A DNA stretch of 64,000 nucleotides from Vicugna vicugna (GCA_013265495.1 MU061579.1:1331159-1395158), one strand, 5' to 3'; shown: positions 1 through 13,331, counted from the first letter of the stretch. The notes: a model not told the origin generated them from the sequence alone. Program-made: numbers and translations.

Positions 1-535
1 TGTTCAATAAATATGATATTGAATAACCACTATATTTTTAAACACTTTTCTATGACCCTGAGGTAGAGAAGAAAATAAGACAAAAAAAAAGTTTTTGCCC
101 TTTAGGTGTTAAAATTCTAGTGGAAGAGACAATAAATAAACAATTAAACAATACAATGTATAATAAAATATCAAATTGGTTAAAGAAGTAAGAAAGATTA
201 ACATAATAAGAAGCTAGTGTATATATAGTATGTTTTTTTAGTGTGGTCTGGTGCCCTCCCTCTGAGGCAGTGAGATGTATTCTCATTTATGAATGTGGAG
301 AGGAAGAGCCAGAAGGATACACAGGGAAAAAAGCATTGCACAGAGCATCTCACAGATTAGGGCTCTGAGTCAGAAAGGTGCTTGACGTATCTAGGGGGTA
401 GGAAGTATACCAGTGTGACTGGAGTATAACAAACAAAATGTAGAGTCTACGTTATGTAAACGTAGATTACATAAGGCTTTGCAAGGATTTTACGGAAGGA
501 TTTTATATGTCGTTCTAAGTGTGATGTGCATTGGT
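1..535 (-). mobile_element. L2 LINE 3' fragment (decayed)
   Basis: Opens with the reverse complement of an L2 tail (ttcaataaatatgatattgaataaccactata...ttctagtggaagagacaataaataaac). Purine-rich L2-antisense-type sequence follows. Matched to consensus from memory. Confidence 0.7.
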
Positions 536-604
536 CAGGTATCACCACAGTATCTGTGGGAAATAAAGCACCACACGATCTGTAGCATGCACAAATTAGC
601 GTAG

Positions 605-710
605 ATGTTTCACTTCCACAGATGAAGGTCCACTGAGGTTCATTTGGGCTCAGTGGGCGTGGTCCCAAGTGGTGAGTTAGTTCAAGTAGACCCAATGTAT
701 CCTCTTTTCT
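605..710 (-). mobile_element. MIR fragment
   Basis: ccacagatgaaggtccactgaggttca...cccaagtggtgagttagt resembles the antisense MIR core (acagatgaggaaactgaggctcag...cccaaggtcacacagctagt). Confidence 0.45.
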
Positions 711-1117
711 CAGATTATTACATTTTGTATTATTTACTCTGGACCAACTTCTATGTAAAAGTAAATTATTTATGTGCTTATTTTTTCTGTTTTCACTTGG
801 ATGAAAGCTATATTGAAACATGAATAGTACTTGACTTTTTCAATTTTGTCACACTTGTGGCTAAGGCAGGGCATGGAGTTGAAGAGGCACTTAATACATA
901 TTTGCAGACTGGCTTTCTTCTGGAGAGGTTTTTGAATAAAGCTGGTCTCAAGTGCATTTTGATATATTCCTCTGTAATTCTTCACTCTTCAAACATGCTT
1001 ATAAACTTTCTGAAAATAAAAACCATTCTTGTGCTTGTCTTTGTAAAAACCTATAGCATGCACAGAGTTAAGGCAATTCACGATGTTGCACAGCTCTTGC
1101 GGGGGTTATCCTCCAGA

Positions 1118-1352
1118 CCAGGGATTAGCAAGTGTTTGCCATAAAATGTCAGATAGTAAATATTTTATTCTTTGTTGTCACAGCTGAACAACTCTGCGGT
1201 TACAGCATGAAAACATCCACAGAAAATACATAAACAAATAGACATAGTTGTGTTCCAATGAACATTACACACAAAACAAACAGGCAAACAAACAAAGGAA
1301 AAACAGGTGGAAGACCCGATTTGGTCCACAGGTTATAGTTTGCTGACTTCTT
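1118..1352 (-). mobile_element. MER58A-like non-autonomous hAT-Charlie DNA transposon
   Basis: Degenerate TIRs (cagggattagcaag ... tttgctgacttctt). Internal motifs cagatagtaaatatttt, gtgttccaatgaac and aaaacaggtggaagacccgatttggtccacagg match the MER58A reverse strand. Confidence 0.8.
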
Positions 1353-2715
1353 TTCTAGGGGCACACGTTTCACTTGTTTCCGTATTACTCCTACCCATAC
1401 CTACGGTCAGCTTTCCATCTCAGAAAGGTATTGCATCCCATAGATACATTAAATAAGCTCACAGATTTCTGTATCCTAGGTCTCCTCACAGCCTCTCGTG
1501 TTGATACTTGTTTTCTGGTTTCTTTATATCTGCTGCCACACCACTTCCGCTGAGGCCAGATTCCATGTTGAGAGCATCAGTGTTTTGGCTGAGGGTGATA
1601 CAGCATGATCCTCATATTGCTTGAATCCTGTGTCAATAGACTACTGGTCTCAGAATCCTTAATGTACTAACCTGTCCTGTGATCTGGCCACAACAGGAGA
1701 AATCATCCCTCTCTGATTGCTTTAGTGACTTATACCTTCCTATTTTTCCTCTTCCAAGCCCATTGCACAGGAGATTAAAACTATCTGCCATCAACTTTTC
1801 CTGCTTTCCTTTCTGATAAACTTTAAGCTTAGCAAATACATCTCCTCTGGTTGCTTCTCTGGGCGTTGGACTGACCATTCCATGTTCTATCTCTCTAGAT
1901 TCTCCTTTGGATCAATTTCTCTACAGAGAATGCTCATGGAGATGGGTTATATTCCTCAAAACAGAAATACCCAGCTTTAGGAGGCAAGTTCAAATCAGGA
2001 GCAATATCAGAAGTCTAAAGTGTCTAAAGATCAAGTCACATTCTACAAATTAACTTTGCATATACTTAAGCTGATACTTCATATTCATTTGTTTAATTCA
2101 TCATCTATACACTGCAAAAAATTTTGAACTTGGGTGAAGACAAGCATGTCATTTATTAGCTCCTTTGAACTCTAAAACATATTATCCAAATATAATGCTT
2201 GATGTAGGTGAAACAAATATAGGGAAAAACAGAAAAAGGCACTGCTTTACTTTCAGTGCAAATTTGGTGTTCTGTTAACTTGGTAAAACAGAATGGTTGC
2301 TTGAAGTTTTGTAATTAACAAATTAGAAAGACAATTTTGTTAATAATATACTTCATTATTTTCCTTTACATTACTTATGTTGTCTATTAAAAATGATTCC
2401 AAGAAGCATGTGCATTCATTATAGAGTAACATAAGAAATAAATGCAGAAGATATGCTGAATATTTTTCACTGCATTTACAAAATAAATTTTCTCGCCCCA
2501 ATAGATTTAATACATTGCACTATCTTAGGCATAATCCAGCTAGAAATCCCCTGACTGGTAAAGTTGATATGTGAGCATTTTAACTTGTTTTCATTTTCTT
2601 AAATGTAACATGGAGAAGCAAATGAGATTGAAAGTAATGAGGCATAAATTTTTTTTTTCTAGCAGGAACAATTACATTATGAGGGTAATAAACTCTTTTA
2701 GAAATAAAGACTCAC

Positions 2716-2721
2716 CTGTCA
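2716..2721 (-). other. Candidate 6-nt microexon (TGACAG), host gene unknown
   Basis: Minus strand reads tcactttgcttctctttttttgcaccatag|TGACAG|gtgagt: a pyrimidine tract, the first AG, 6 nt, then a CAG/GTGAGT donor. Confidence 0.3.
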
Positions 2722-3498
2722 CTATGGTGCAAAAAAAGAGAAGCAAAGTGACTACTGCACTAGTAAGATTTCATTTGTGTTATTATGTTGAGCCGTTTCT
2801 TTGCCTCTTTTTATGTAGTTTCTGAGTATGTTTACTGCTGTTTTGCCTCTTTCCCCCGTTCACAATTTTTGATCTATTTGCTCCACCCTTTAGGAAACCT
2901 TGGATGGCAGAAATAGTGGTATAATTGCACATCAAGGTCAAAATCATAGGAGCATACAGAAAGCTAGCATTGTGGAAACAAATGTGTTGTGGCTAGATTT
3001 CAGGTGACACTTACTGCTAGGTTTGCGTTATTAATGTTTCTCTTCAGATTAATTTTTTCAGTCAAGTATCTGGTTCATGAAAATTTTCTCCTGACCAAAA
3101 AAAAAAAAGAATACTTCATTTGGTTTTCTTGAAATATACATTTCATGAAATAAATTTCTGTTTACTAATCTGATTGAGAAAAAGTAGATGCATGACTGAT
3201 AATAATTACTAGTAATTAATATATTCCTAATGAATATTGTATTTCCTAAATTTATACTAAAGTATTATTAACACTTCAATACCTTAGCAGAGAATGCTTT
3301 TCTATGTTATTCAGATATTACTAATCTTTGAAAGTCAAAAGAAACTAGAGATCATGCAGTTCTTCAAAACTATAATTCTGAAATTTAACATTATACAAGA
3401 CTGTAGACATTTGAATATATACAATTGGTTTTGGTTGGGGTGCTTATTAGATTATGTTTTTGAAAATATTTTATGTATTTATTATTATATTATTTAAT

Positions 3499-3601
3499 TA
3501 GGGGAGGAGGTAATTAGGTTTATTTATTTTTAGAGGAGGATTAAACCCAGAATCTCTTGTATGCTAAGCACGTGCTCAACCACTTGAGCTATACCCTCCC
3601 A
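3499..3601 (-). mobile_element. tRNA-derived SINE, camelid vic-1 type
   Basis: Reverse complement is GGGAGGGTATAGCTCAAGTGGTTGAGCACGTGCTTAGCATACAAGAGATTCTGGGTTTAATCC...AAATAAATAAACCTAATTACCTCCTCCCC. It has an A box, a degenerate B box and the same tail as the copy at 44.9 kb. Confidence 0.85.
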
Positions 3602-4214
3602 CCGGATTATAATAAGATAATTAAGACCATATTATGGGAAAATTTTATAGAAATTTAAACTATATCCATTAGTGTCTATTTATTGGAAATTTAACTTTTT
3701 ATATTTTATAGTGAGATCAGAGTAATTTTTAGGTCACAAATCCTTTGTGATGGGGAGTTTAGGCCTCATGTCAAATTGGATGCTTTTGGAATGAATACAA
3801 CACTTCCTTTCAGTTATAAAAGCAGAAAGTTAGGATACAATTGCAGCTTCCATGAGGTTCCGGACTGATGTCTGTCATTAAACTAGCTGCATGTAACCAT
3901 GGGTTTGAAGAAGAATTCATATTGAGACACATCATTAACATAGCAATTTTGGGAACAGAGGTTATGTCATCATTACATAAGTATTCATGCAAATGAGATT
4001 CTTTGTTTTGTTCAGAGGTGAGATTAATTTTTAATTTCTGCTGGAAGGTCTTTTTTGTTGTCAATATATTGCTCTGGGAAAGCAGTCAATATGAAGACAA
4101 ATTTAGTAGGATGCTAAATTTTAGGTGAAAGAAATTGATCTCTAATTCCAGCCTTGTTAATTATTAATTGTTTGACACTTAATGAACTATTATAGCAAAA
4201 AGAAAAATAAATAC

Positions 4215-4415
4215 TTGGTTAGAAGCCAAGTTCAGGTTCTTCTACTTATAAGCTACATAACATCATAACAAATTAAACTAATATGGTAATACCTAACTCA
4301 TAACATTGTTATGAGTATTAAAATGGTATATACATATATACATACATACATATATATACATGTATATCTCACCTAACACAGTGTATGGCACCTGTACAGG
4401 TACTATGTTAAATTT
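4215..4415 (+). mobile_element. MIR SINE with internal TA/CA microsatellite (4327-4367)
   Basis: taatacctaactcataacattgttatgagtattaaaatg...cacctaacacagtgtatggcac matches the MIR 3' half. Confidence 0.65.
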
Positions 4416-7175
4416 TAATAAATGATTCCATTATTCAAAATTATGTAGTGTATCTATGCATTGTTTTTAGATTTAATCCAGCAATTATATGAATCACTTA
4501 TTTTTTCTTGTATTAATTTATTCAACATTTAATAATATGATTATGAATTTGCTTGAATAGTCAATGCATCAGATGTAGAATGGGGACAGGAAATACTAGG
4601 AATCATTGGAAGAGTGGTTGCCTACGTGGGTTCCAATTATAGTTCCAATACAGGAAAGGTTTTTTAAAGCAGAGGCTCCTATGCCAACCACAGACATTCT
4701 TATTCACAATGACAATAATAAGATGCGCAGCTGGGTTCGGGTCCTCTGCCCCAGCCTACACAAATCTCACTGACAAGCCTACCTTTTTATGAAAGCTTAG
4801 GTGTGTGCACTTTCCTTTTCTGCCTACAGAAGAATGAACAGGAAGATATTCACTCATTTATGAATACTCTCTGGGGTGGGCAATGGATGGGAATGAGAAG
4901 AGGGCGATGATTCTATTCCTCTTTCCATGGTGTTGGTGCATCCTGCTCATTCATTTCTTCCAAAAAATCAGCTTATTATTCTGTTTACTCATATAAAGCT
5001 CACTGCTGGACTGGAGTTTGTAACAGAGTGCTATGCATATCTATGTTGCTGCAGGTAACATTTGTTTAATACTTTTTAAAAACATAATTAAAACTATCTT
5101 TTTCGTAATTATAGGAATTCATCCCCCTCCCTTCACTATCAATTTAAATGTAGTCTTTATTAATCTGCTAAAGTTTAGCTTTTTATCTCCCTTGTTTTTC
5201 CCCTATAAATTCAATTATGTGTATGCCACTCAGTAAATTAATATTTTAAGATAAAATACTTCTCCATTTTATCATGGCAAAGGGTAAGAAAATGTCTCAG
5301 CATATAGCCTAGCTGAGAACACTAAGAAATTAGGACTAAATTTGTCCGTTAATTAAGATGTTTGTATCAATTTGCATTTCCAAAGTTACTAAACTCTGAA
5401 TTGTTGCAAAATTTGAGTTAGGTATTAAATTCTTAGCAGAAAGAAGTCTTTAATTTCCTTTAAATTGTACATCATTTCAGGTAAGACAAAGATCTTAGAG
5501 AAGATTCCTATTGTGAATTAGGGGGTATTTTTGGAAGAGTCAATGCAGTGTTTAGATGAGGAAGAACTGATTCAGGTACTGAATGAAAAAAGGAGCTCAA
5601 ATGGGATTTAGAGTGCAGTGAGTTTCAGGGAGGGACATCGTGTTTTTTTTAGGTGGTTGTAAAACTATGATTCAATGAAAGACTTTCCAAGAACTTTTGG
5701 GAGTCTAGGACTTCTGAAGTTCTCTGGAAATGTATAACCAAAAGTTTCATATAGAATAAAATGTGATCAGGGTAACTCATGTGCCCTGTGGTTTCTGTTC
5801 TTTCATCAAAAGTTGTTTTAGAAACTCTAGAGAATTTTAGTTATCTCCTTCAGAGATTTCAGAGAGCCTTCAAGGTACTGGTTAGAAGTATATCTGGTAA
5901 AATGTCTAAAATGTATCTTACCATCAACAAGGCGAGACCTGAATATCCAAATAAATCCTCAGCCAGACAGAACACTGGGGTAGGCATTACTTTAGAGATG
6001 TGTAAACACCTGGAGATCTGCTAGTGGCAAATGGAAACCTTGGGATGTTGATAGTTCTCTCCCCGTGGGTTTGAATGTTCCAGCTGTGTCTGGGCATATC
6101 TATAAGGGACCAGGATGCTGAGAAAAGTAGGATGAGGGAAGGATAGTATGTGCTTTCATGCTGATAACACTCTTTGATTCCTAATGAAACAAGTTCTTTC
6201 CTGTGATATTGTGTAACATCTTGGGAAAGGTGTCTGATGTGTTACAAGACCTAGGCTTATGAACTTTTTCATTAATAACTGTAAAAAAACTTGAAATATG
6301 TTTATGGAATATGTTTTTAATGATAAGCCACTCAGATGATAACAAAAAACCCAACCTCTCATTCATTATTTTGGCATCAGTTCATGACCAAATAATGTTT
6401 TTATATTCACATAAGCATGTATAGAGTATTAATTAAATATATATGTATAAACGCACATAAATTAAAACTATACCAAAACAAGCTTAAGCATATTTCATGA
6501 CATCAATAAAGTAAATTATAAGTGAAAGGGAAAATAAGATATTAACCTGGTTAGTAATCTTATTTCTTTATATATTCCCTTAGCATTATTGAGCAACTAT
6601 TTGAATATATAAGTAGGCACTGGATTTTATATCTTACTTGGTAAATGATTTTGACATTATGGCAACTATAAGATAAATTTAAATTTTAATGAACAAAGTT
6701 ACCATAAATATAATCTACATATATATATATATATACTTTTTTGATAGATTTCATATGTTTATATACATGCTTCAATTGCTCTTTAGACTTCAGAATATTT
6801 AAATTATTTCTAAACATTTATAGTTAAACTTCTGGTAGCTGGTTCTAAATTAATTATAGTCAGCTAAATGTTAAGAGAGTTAACTATGAATTGGCATAGT
6901 CCAAATAGTTAATTTTCATAAAGTTTACCAATAACTTCAGCAAATGAACCAGACGTGGCAACTTAACATGTTTAGCCTGTCCCACATGTCCTTGACTTAA
7001 CAGTGAATCCAATGCACGTGCTTTCGAATCAAGTCCTCTATACCCATTACTAAGAATAGAGTCTAGAATTTATTCCTGTGCCTTGTCCGTTTTCCAGAGT
7101 CTCTCAGGCCAGCAGAAATATTTCAAACAGGCAATTTGCATATCTGAATAAACAATTACCTTGTTTTATGTAGAT

Positions 7176-7535
7176 GCATTACCCTGCTAGGGCTGCATAA
7201 CAAAATATCACAGATCCAGTGACTTAAACAAAAGACATTCGTTTTCTCACAGTTCTGGAGGTTGGATGCCCAAGATCAATGTGTTGGTAGGTTTGTTTCT
7301 CCTAAGGTCTTTCTCCTTCGCTTGTAGACTGTTGCCTTCTCATATGGATTTTCCTCTGTATTTGTGTGTCCCTGGTGTCTCTTCCTTTTCATATAAGAAC
7401 ACTAGTCATATTGGACTAGGACTCCATCCTTATGACTTCATTTAACTTTACCTCTTAAAGTCTTATCTCCAAATAGAGTCATATTGGGGGTAAGTGACTC
7501 AACATATGAATCTGGGGGGACACAATTCCTTCCAG
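7176..7535 (-). mobile_element. MaLR solo LTR, MLT1A-like
   Basis: Contains ctagggctgcataacaaaatatcacaga, ttctcacagttctggaggttggatgcccaagatcaa, tataagaacactagtcatattggactagg and caacatatgaatctggggggacacaatt. Confidence 0.85.
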
Positions 7536-10324
7536 AAGTGTGGAAGATTATGACACTGTTAACATATTTGGAATAAGGAATATTTTGGAGAACTTTTTTG
7601 ATCATATTCTTTTACTAACTCATCATTAGACCCATTAAATATGATAACAGATTTCTAGATTTTCAGATAATTTTCCAGCATGTTAAGTAAGCAGGTATTC
7701 CTCATACAGTTCACAGAAGTTTCTAATGTTATGTATTTTTTAAATGCTTGAATATTGATGAAAGATTTGTACAGAATTTTAAAGTAAAGGGCAAACATAA
7801 GGCTACATAACTTGGATTTTGTATGTCAATATGGAATTAATTATGCACTTATTTGCCAACTGAAATTTCTACCTACTATTCAAATACTTAATAATCAAAT
7901 TATCAGGATGAGTCTGATTTGGTGCTGTAATACACCTTGAAGAAATGTCTGAAAAAAAGAAAAGTTAAATACTCAGGAGTCAATGGGGATAAAAAGAGTT
8001 ACCCGAGAAATTTGCCCAGTCCCCAGGTGTTCTTCTGTCTCATGACTCACTTTCTCCACACACAAGAACATCCTGTGAGCCAATTATCAGTGAGTTTTAT
8101 ATATTCTTGGGTCAACCAACAGTGTTTGTGACCTTGGCTGCAATGACAACATGGTAGACTTCCTGGGTATGACAATACAGTAGGAATTGTTCTTCAGTTT
8201 CAAATATAATTTTTAGGTGTAGATCTACTTTACAGCTAAAAGATAAATGTATAATCTAATATATAAACTTGAAAACAGTTGGCGAAAAACTGTTTGAATA
8301 GGACAGACTGAAGATGTCTGAGTGGGTAGAGAGACACAAAATCCTACTGGCCAGCTTCCCTCCTATTTCATTCCCCATTGTTACCTGCAAAGATCAGGGG
8401 CTTAAACTCATCAGCCATTCTAGAAGAATGAGAAAAGAACTGGACTTATTTAATGGTCCATAAAGTACTTGATTCCAATCCCAATATGCCCTGTTTGTGT
8501 GGGAAAGAATCCCAACCTATATCCACATACTTTTTCATTCTCTAGTCATGGTTTTTCCATCCTCTCAAGCAATTGTAGAATTACTCTAATGATGATACTC
8601 TATGACAATTTTTTTAACATTTGAAAAAGTTCAGCATTCTCATACACTGTAAATTCATTTTCTTCTTTTTATTTAAAGTGTTCTATTATTAGTTCTCTCA
8701 TTTTCTAAATTAAGTTTGAAAGTGCAGTCATTTTGGTCTTGCTTTCTCTGTTCCTGTACCTGCTTCATTAATCTCAATCTGGGTGCTGTTAATCTTAGTT
8801 GGCAAACTGTCTCTGGGCTGTGCTACACTTTTGGTTAATTTAGTATATAGTATCATTCAAAAAAAAATGGGACACATATACTTCTTACATATAGTAACAA
8901 GAAGGTGCCTTTCCTTCTGTGAACCAAGCATCACAACACAACTTTAATGGTAACAGTGGCGTTGAGGAATATTGTCTAATGTAGTTTGAATTTATAGTAA
9001 TAAAATTAGCATCTTCTTCCCAACACTTTCATCAAAAAATTACCACTTTTTCCGTAAGGTTTACATTTCATTAATTCCTCAAGACATGCATTTTTGAAAA
9101 GATTATACTTTCATTCTGTACCATATAGTTTGTTCTAAAATGCAAAATTAAAGTAACTATTTCATTTGTGGTTCAGCAGAATAAATCAGGTTTGTCTGTT
9201 TATAATGTACACAAAGACTATGTTCTTTCTTCCCTTTGCAAAATTAAGGATGTAATTTATCTGCTAAATAGCATGATTGATCCTTTCTCACTGTGGTCTT
9301 GTCTGAGTTAATAAATCAGGACACAGCTACCACCTCCAAATGTTCAATCCTGACCCTACAATTAGCTTTCCACTGACTCTGGTTCCTGATTATCACCACA
9401 AACCTCTACTTTGAGCTATCCCATAATTAGTCAGACAATACTGTGTCATGTGCTAAAATATCCTGGCTGGTAGAACATTTGCTAACCAGTGATCTGTCAC
9501 ATCCCCTGGATGGATCTCATGCCCTTGTTTAGATAAGAGGATCATCAGCTCTGCTTCCCATTACATTGACACTAATGTGGCATCCAAAATTTGAATGCAG
9601 CAATTAAAAGTTTCTTAAGCTTTCCTTAAATGGCACGAGGCCAAATCCTACATGCAAAATGTTTGACGGACTTTTTTAAGTATGAACAAAATGTCCAAAT
9701 GTTAAACAATTCTGAAGGTGCTACACCAACAGACCATATGCATGGAATTTTGGTTTTATTCTGAAAAAAGAAAAGAGCAGAATTGAAACACCTCACTAGT
9801 TGAATCAGGGGAAAAGAAACTTCTTTATTATTTGCTTTTTATTGACTTTTTAATGTTATCTTCCCTTCAATTATCTGTTACTTTCTAAAAGTATTTTTTC
9901 CAACTTCAGATCCAAATTTGGATCATTTCTTAATTGTATGTCACCTGTATACATTTATAGGAATTTGTAAGAATTACATTGTCCATATTTAGTTTTTTTG
10001 GCAATATAGATGATCAAGGGGAAATTATTAGAGGTGCAAGAATTCAAAAGAAGACTATCATATAACTGATAATTATAATGAGGATGATCAGGCATAGTTA
10101 ATGGACTAACACTACTGCCAACAAAAACAAATTTTATGACTAAGATGCATCTCAAGTTTATAGGTCATATTGCAGGTAGTTAAAATACTAGTAAAAGCAA
10201 TTTAACCTTGGTCCTTGTCTGAGCATTTTTATTATTTATTTATGTATTTGAATCTTATATTCTAAGATAATGCACAGAATAATAGATTTTTTTAATGGCT
10301 AACTGTTTTTTGACTAAGGAATCC

Positions 10325-11735
10325 TATCAGAATGACTGGAGATGTATAGAACAACAACAAAAGATAAACTTTGACCACTACTTTATACCATATGCCAAAG
10401 TCAAATGAAGATGAATCAAAGACCCAAGTGTTGGGGCTGAAACTATACTACCTCTATGGAAAGAAAAATAGAAGTTAATCTTCATTGCTTTGGATTAAGC
10501 GAAGATGTCTCAAATTGGACAAAATACTCATCACAGGGAAAAAATGATATAGTCAAACTTCATCAAAATTAGAAATTTTGATTTCAGAAGTTATTTTTGA
10601 TGAAATGATAATGCTGTTCTGAAATCTTCTAAGAGCAGATCTTAAGTGTTCTCACCAAAAAACAAACAAACAAAAAAAACAAAACAGAGAGAGAGGAAAA
10701 AAATAGCTATCTGAGGTGTTGGATATATTAATTAATTTTATTGTGGTAATCTCTTTATAATGTACCTATAAACCAAATAATAATGTTGTATACTTTAAAT
10801 ATATTCCAATTTTATTTGTCTATTATACCTCAACCTTTAAAAAAAGAGAAAAACTTGAAAGAAAATGAAAATCCAAATTATATACTTGGAGAAAATACAA
10901 CAAATTTAAATGACAAACAACTTGTATCCAGAATATGTAAAGAACTCTTAAATATCAGTAATAATTTTTAAAATAATCTATCTTAAGAAAAACAAAAGTC
11001 TTTAAAAGGATGTTCATAATTAAAAATATAGAAACAACCAAGAGGTATGTTAAAAGATGTACATCATCGTTAATCACGAGGAAAATGCAAGTTAAAATCA
11101 CAAAGTGCCACCTCTTAAATAAACTCAGATGTCTAAAATTAAAAACAATGAATATCCCAAATGTCAGTGAGGATATGGAATAACTGAAATGACATATTGC
11201 TTGTGGGAGTATTAAATTATATAACAACTTTCAAAAAGGATATGAGATTCCTTGTAAAGTTAAACATAACATATTATCTAGCAATCCCAATTTTAGGTAT
11301 TTATCCAAAATTAAACATATGTCCACACAAAGACTTTGCACAAATGTTCATAGCAGTTTTTATTCAGTCCCAAACTGGAATCAGTTCAAATGTCTACCCG
11401 CAAAATGTAAGCAAACACATTTTAGCATATTCAAAAATGGGCTACTAAAAAAAAACAAGTACAAATACTTTATGCACAACATGGATGAATACAAATAAGC
11501 ACATACTATGTGATATAATTTTTATTGCTTCTAATTATGGAGATAGATATCAGAAAAGTGTGTCTCCTGAGCTTAAATGGAGTTTGACTAGATAGAAGCA
11601 TAAAGAACTTTCTGATACGGTGAAAATTGTATTTATTTTGATTGGGTCAATGGTCACCTGGCTGTATATATTTGTTAAAACTCAACAAACTCACAATTAA
11701 AATCTGTGCACCTAACTGTAAGTAAATTTTATTTT
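10325..11735 (+). mobile_element. Old L1 (L1M-type) ORF2 3' end and 3' UTR, interrupted by a second L1 3' end
   Basis: Contains L1 motifs tataccatatgccaaagtcaa, cttgtatccagaatatgtaaagaactctta, gcaatcccaattttaggtatttatcc and aatgttcatagcag. ORF 11197..11448 has decayed ORF2 C-terminal residues (YYLAIPILGIYPK...MFIA). Confidence 0.85.
10609..10855 (+). mobile_element. L1MA/MB-type 3' end nested in the older L1
   Basis: ctaagagcagatcttaagtgttctcacc...attgtggtaatc...tatactttaaatatattccaattttatttgtc followed by an A-rich tail. The host L1 resumes at gaaaatgaaa. Confidence 0.7.
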
Positions 11736-12589
11736 GTGCAAATCTTGTGCTATGTAAATATTACTAGAATTAAAACCCACATCATCATCATATACTAATA
11801 AACAGAATAAAGAGCAAAACCATAACTCTCTCACTAGATTTAGAATTACAATCATAAAAGCAATATTCATTTTTGGATTTAGTTCTGATACTTCTCCATT
11901 AAATAATAATAAAAATTAACAAGATGTTTCTTGAATATTAAAGAATTAATGTATAACATAGTACTTAGGTAATAGCCAGTGCTCAGTAACTTAATTATTA
12001 TTATTATATATTATCACTTCATAATACAATGAGTTAAGAGCTAGGTTTGTCTTTATTATAGTAAAAAAAAAATAACTGTCTCTTATCCAAAACATAGACA
12101 AAGCCATGGTAAAAAGTAAAAGAGGAGAACTGACTTTTGACAAGGTCAACAGATATTTGGTGGGTCATTCAGTAAAATAATGACATTTTCTCTGCAAAAA
12201 ATTGTACCAGAAACATAGTGAGAAAAAAAATAGCAAATCAAGGTTGAATATATCTCATGGATATGAGACTGTGATAACCTCAGGGAGTGGTTCATACAGC
12301 GTAATCCTCAAAAATTATTTTAAGCATATGAAAATACCAGAAGACCTGATAAGGAACAGCTGACTGAAGGGAAGTGCCACCTTGCTCTTACTTGCCTTGT
12401 CTCGCTTCCAGTAATTATAACTGCGTGAGCATTAAATTAAAATGTTACGTACAAGCATTTTAGTTTTTTCCCGCTAATTTAAATGAGAAACATTGATTTC
12501 TTGGTTGTAAGGGAGAACTGTAATTGATTAAACTACTTGCGCCATTTTAAATAGCACATCAAATGAGAACTTTATCTGTTGGCTTTTCT

Positions 12590-13175
12590 GTAAGTATATA
12601 ATATAGTTTTTTAACTATAGTCACTATTCTGTACAGTAAATTTCCAGGAGTTAGTCATCCTGTATAACCGAAACTTTGTATCTTTTGATTAATACCTTCC
12701 TGTCTTCCTCTGCCAAGCCCTTGGCAATCACTTTTCCACTCTCTGCTTTTATGAGTTTGACTATTTTTTCACTCATTTTATAAGTGGCATCATGCAATAC
12801 TTCATCCTGGCTTATTTGATTTAGCCTAACTTCCTCCAGTTTCATCCCTGTTGGAGCAAATGGCAGTATTTCCTTTTTTGCTTTTAGGGCTGATAATAGT
12901 CCACTGTATGTTTATACCACACTTTCTTTATCCTTTCATTCATACATGAGCATTTAGGTTTCATTTAGTTGGATGGTGATAACTCATTAGGGTTTTGATT
13001 TGCATTTCCCTGATGATTAGTGATGTTGAGTACATTCTGGTATACCTGTTGGCCATTTGTAGAAACATACAAATGTTAATTTAGTTCCTTTGCCCATTTT
13101 TAAATCGGGTTATTTTGTTTTGTTTTGTTTTGGCTATTGAGTTGTAGAATTTCCTGATTTATGTTAGATTTTTTT
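12590..13175 (-). mobile_element. L1MA-type 3' fragment
   Basis: Contains ttaactatagtcactattctgtac, ccttggcaatcacttttccactctctgcttttatgagtttgact and gttttgatttgcatttccctgatgattagtgatgttgag. ORF 12651..12845 is a decayed ORF2 tail (MKLEEVRLNQISQ). Confidence 0.85.
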
Positions 13176-13331
13176 CCTTTTTGAAAGTATTGGGTAGGGC
13201 TTCCAGAAAAATCAGTAAATAGATAAACATGTGTATACCCATTATTCTTAGCTTTATTTTGTTGTTGGCTGTTGTTTTGTTTTGTTTTAACCAAGAGTGG
13301 GTTTAGAAATTCCTCCCTCATAGCAATTAAC

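Noticed and set aside
622..671. Plus-strand exon-like unit (ccacag|ATG...GTG|gtgagt)
   Set aside because: It lies within an antisense MIR-like fragment and hits a stop after four codons in the ATG frame.
1440..1910. Possible old LTR or ERV fragment (similar blocks at ~5560-6150, ~7950-8175 and ~55000-56010)
   Set aside because: Composition suggests decayed LTR sequence, but I could not match a family, so these are not listed as features.
3970..4010. Octamer ATGCAAAT next to SOX-like CTTTGTT
   Set aside because: ATGCAAAT recurs several times in this AT-rich window, and the spacing is not the canonical composite OCT-SOX arrangement.
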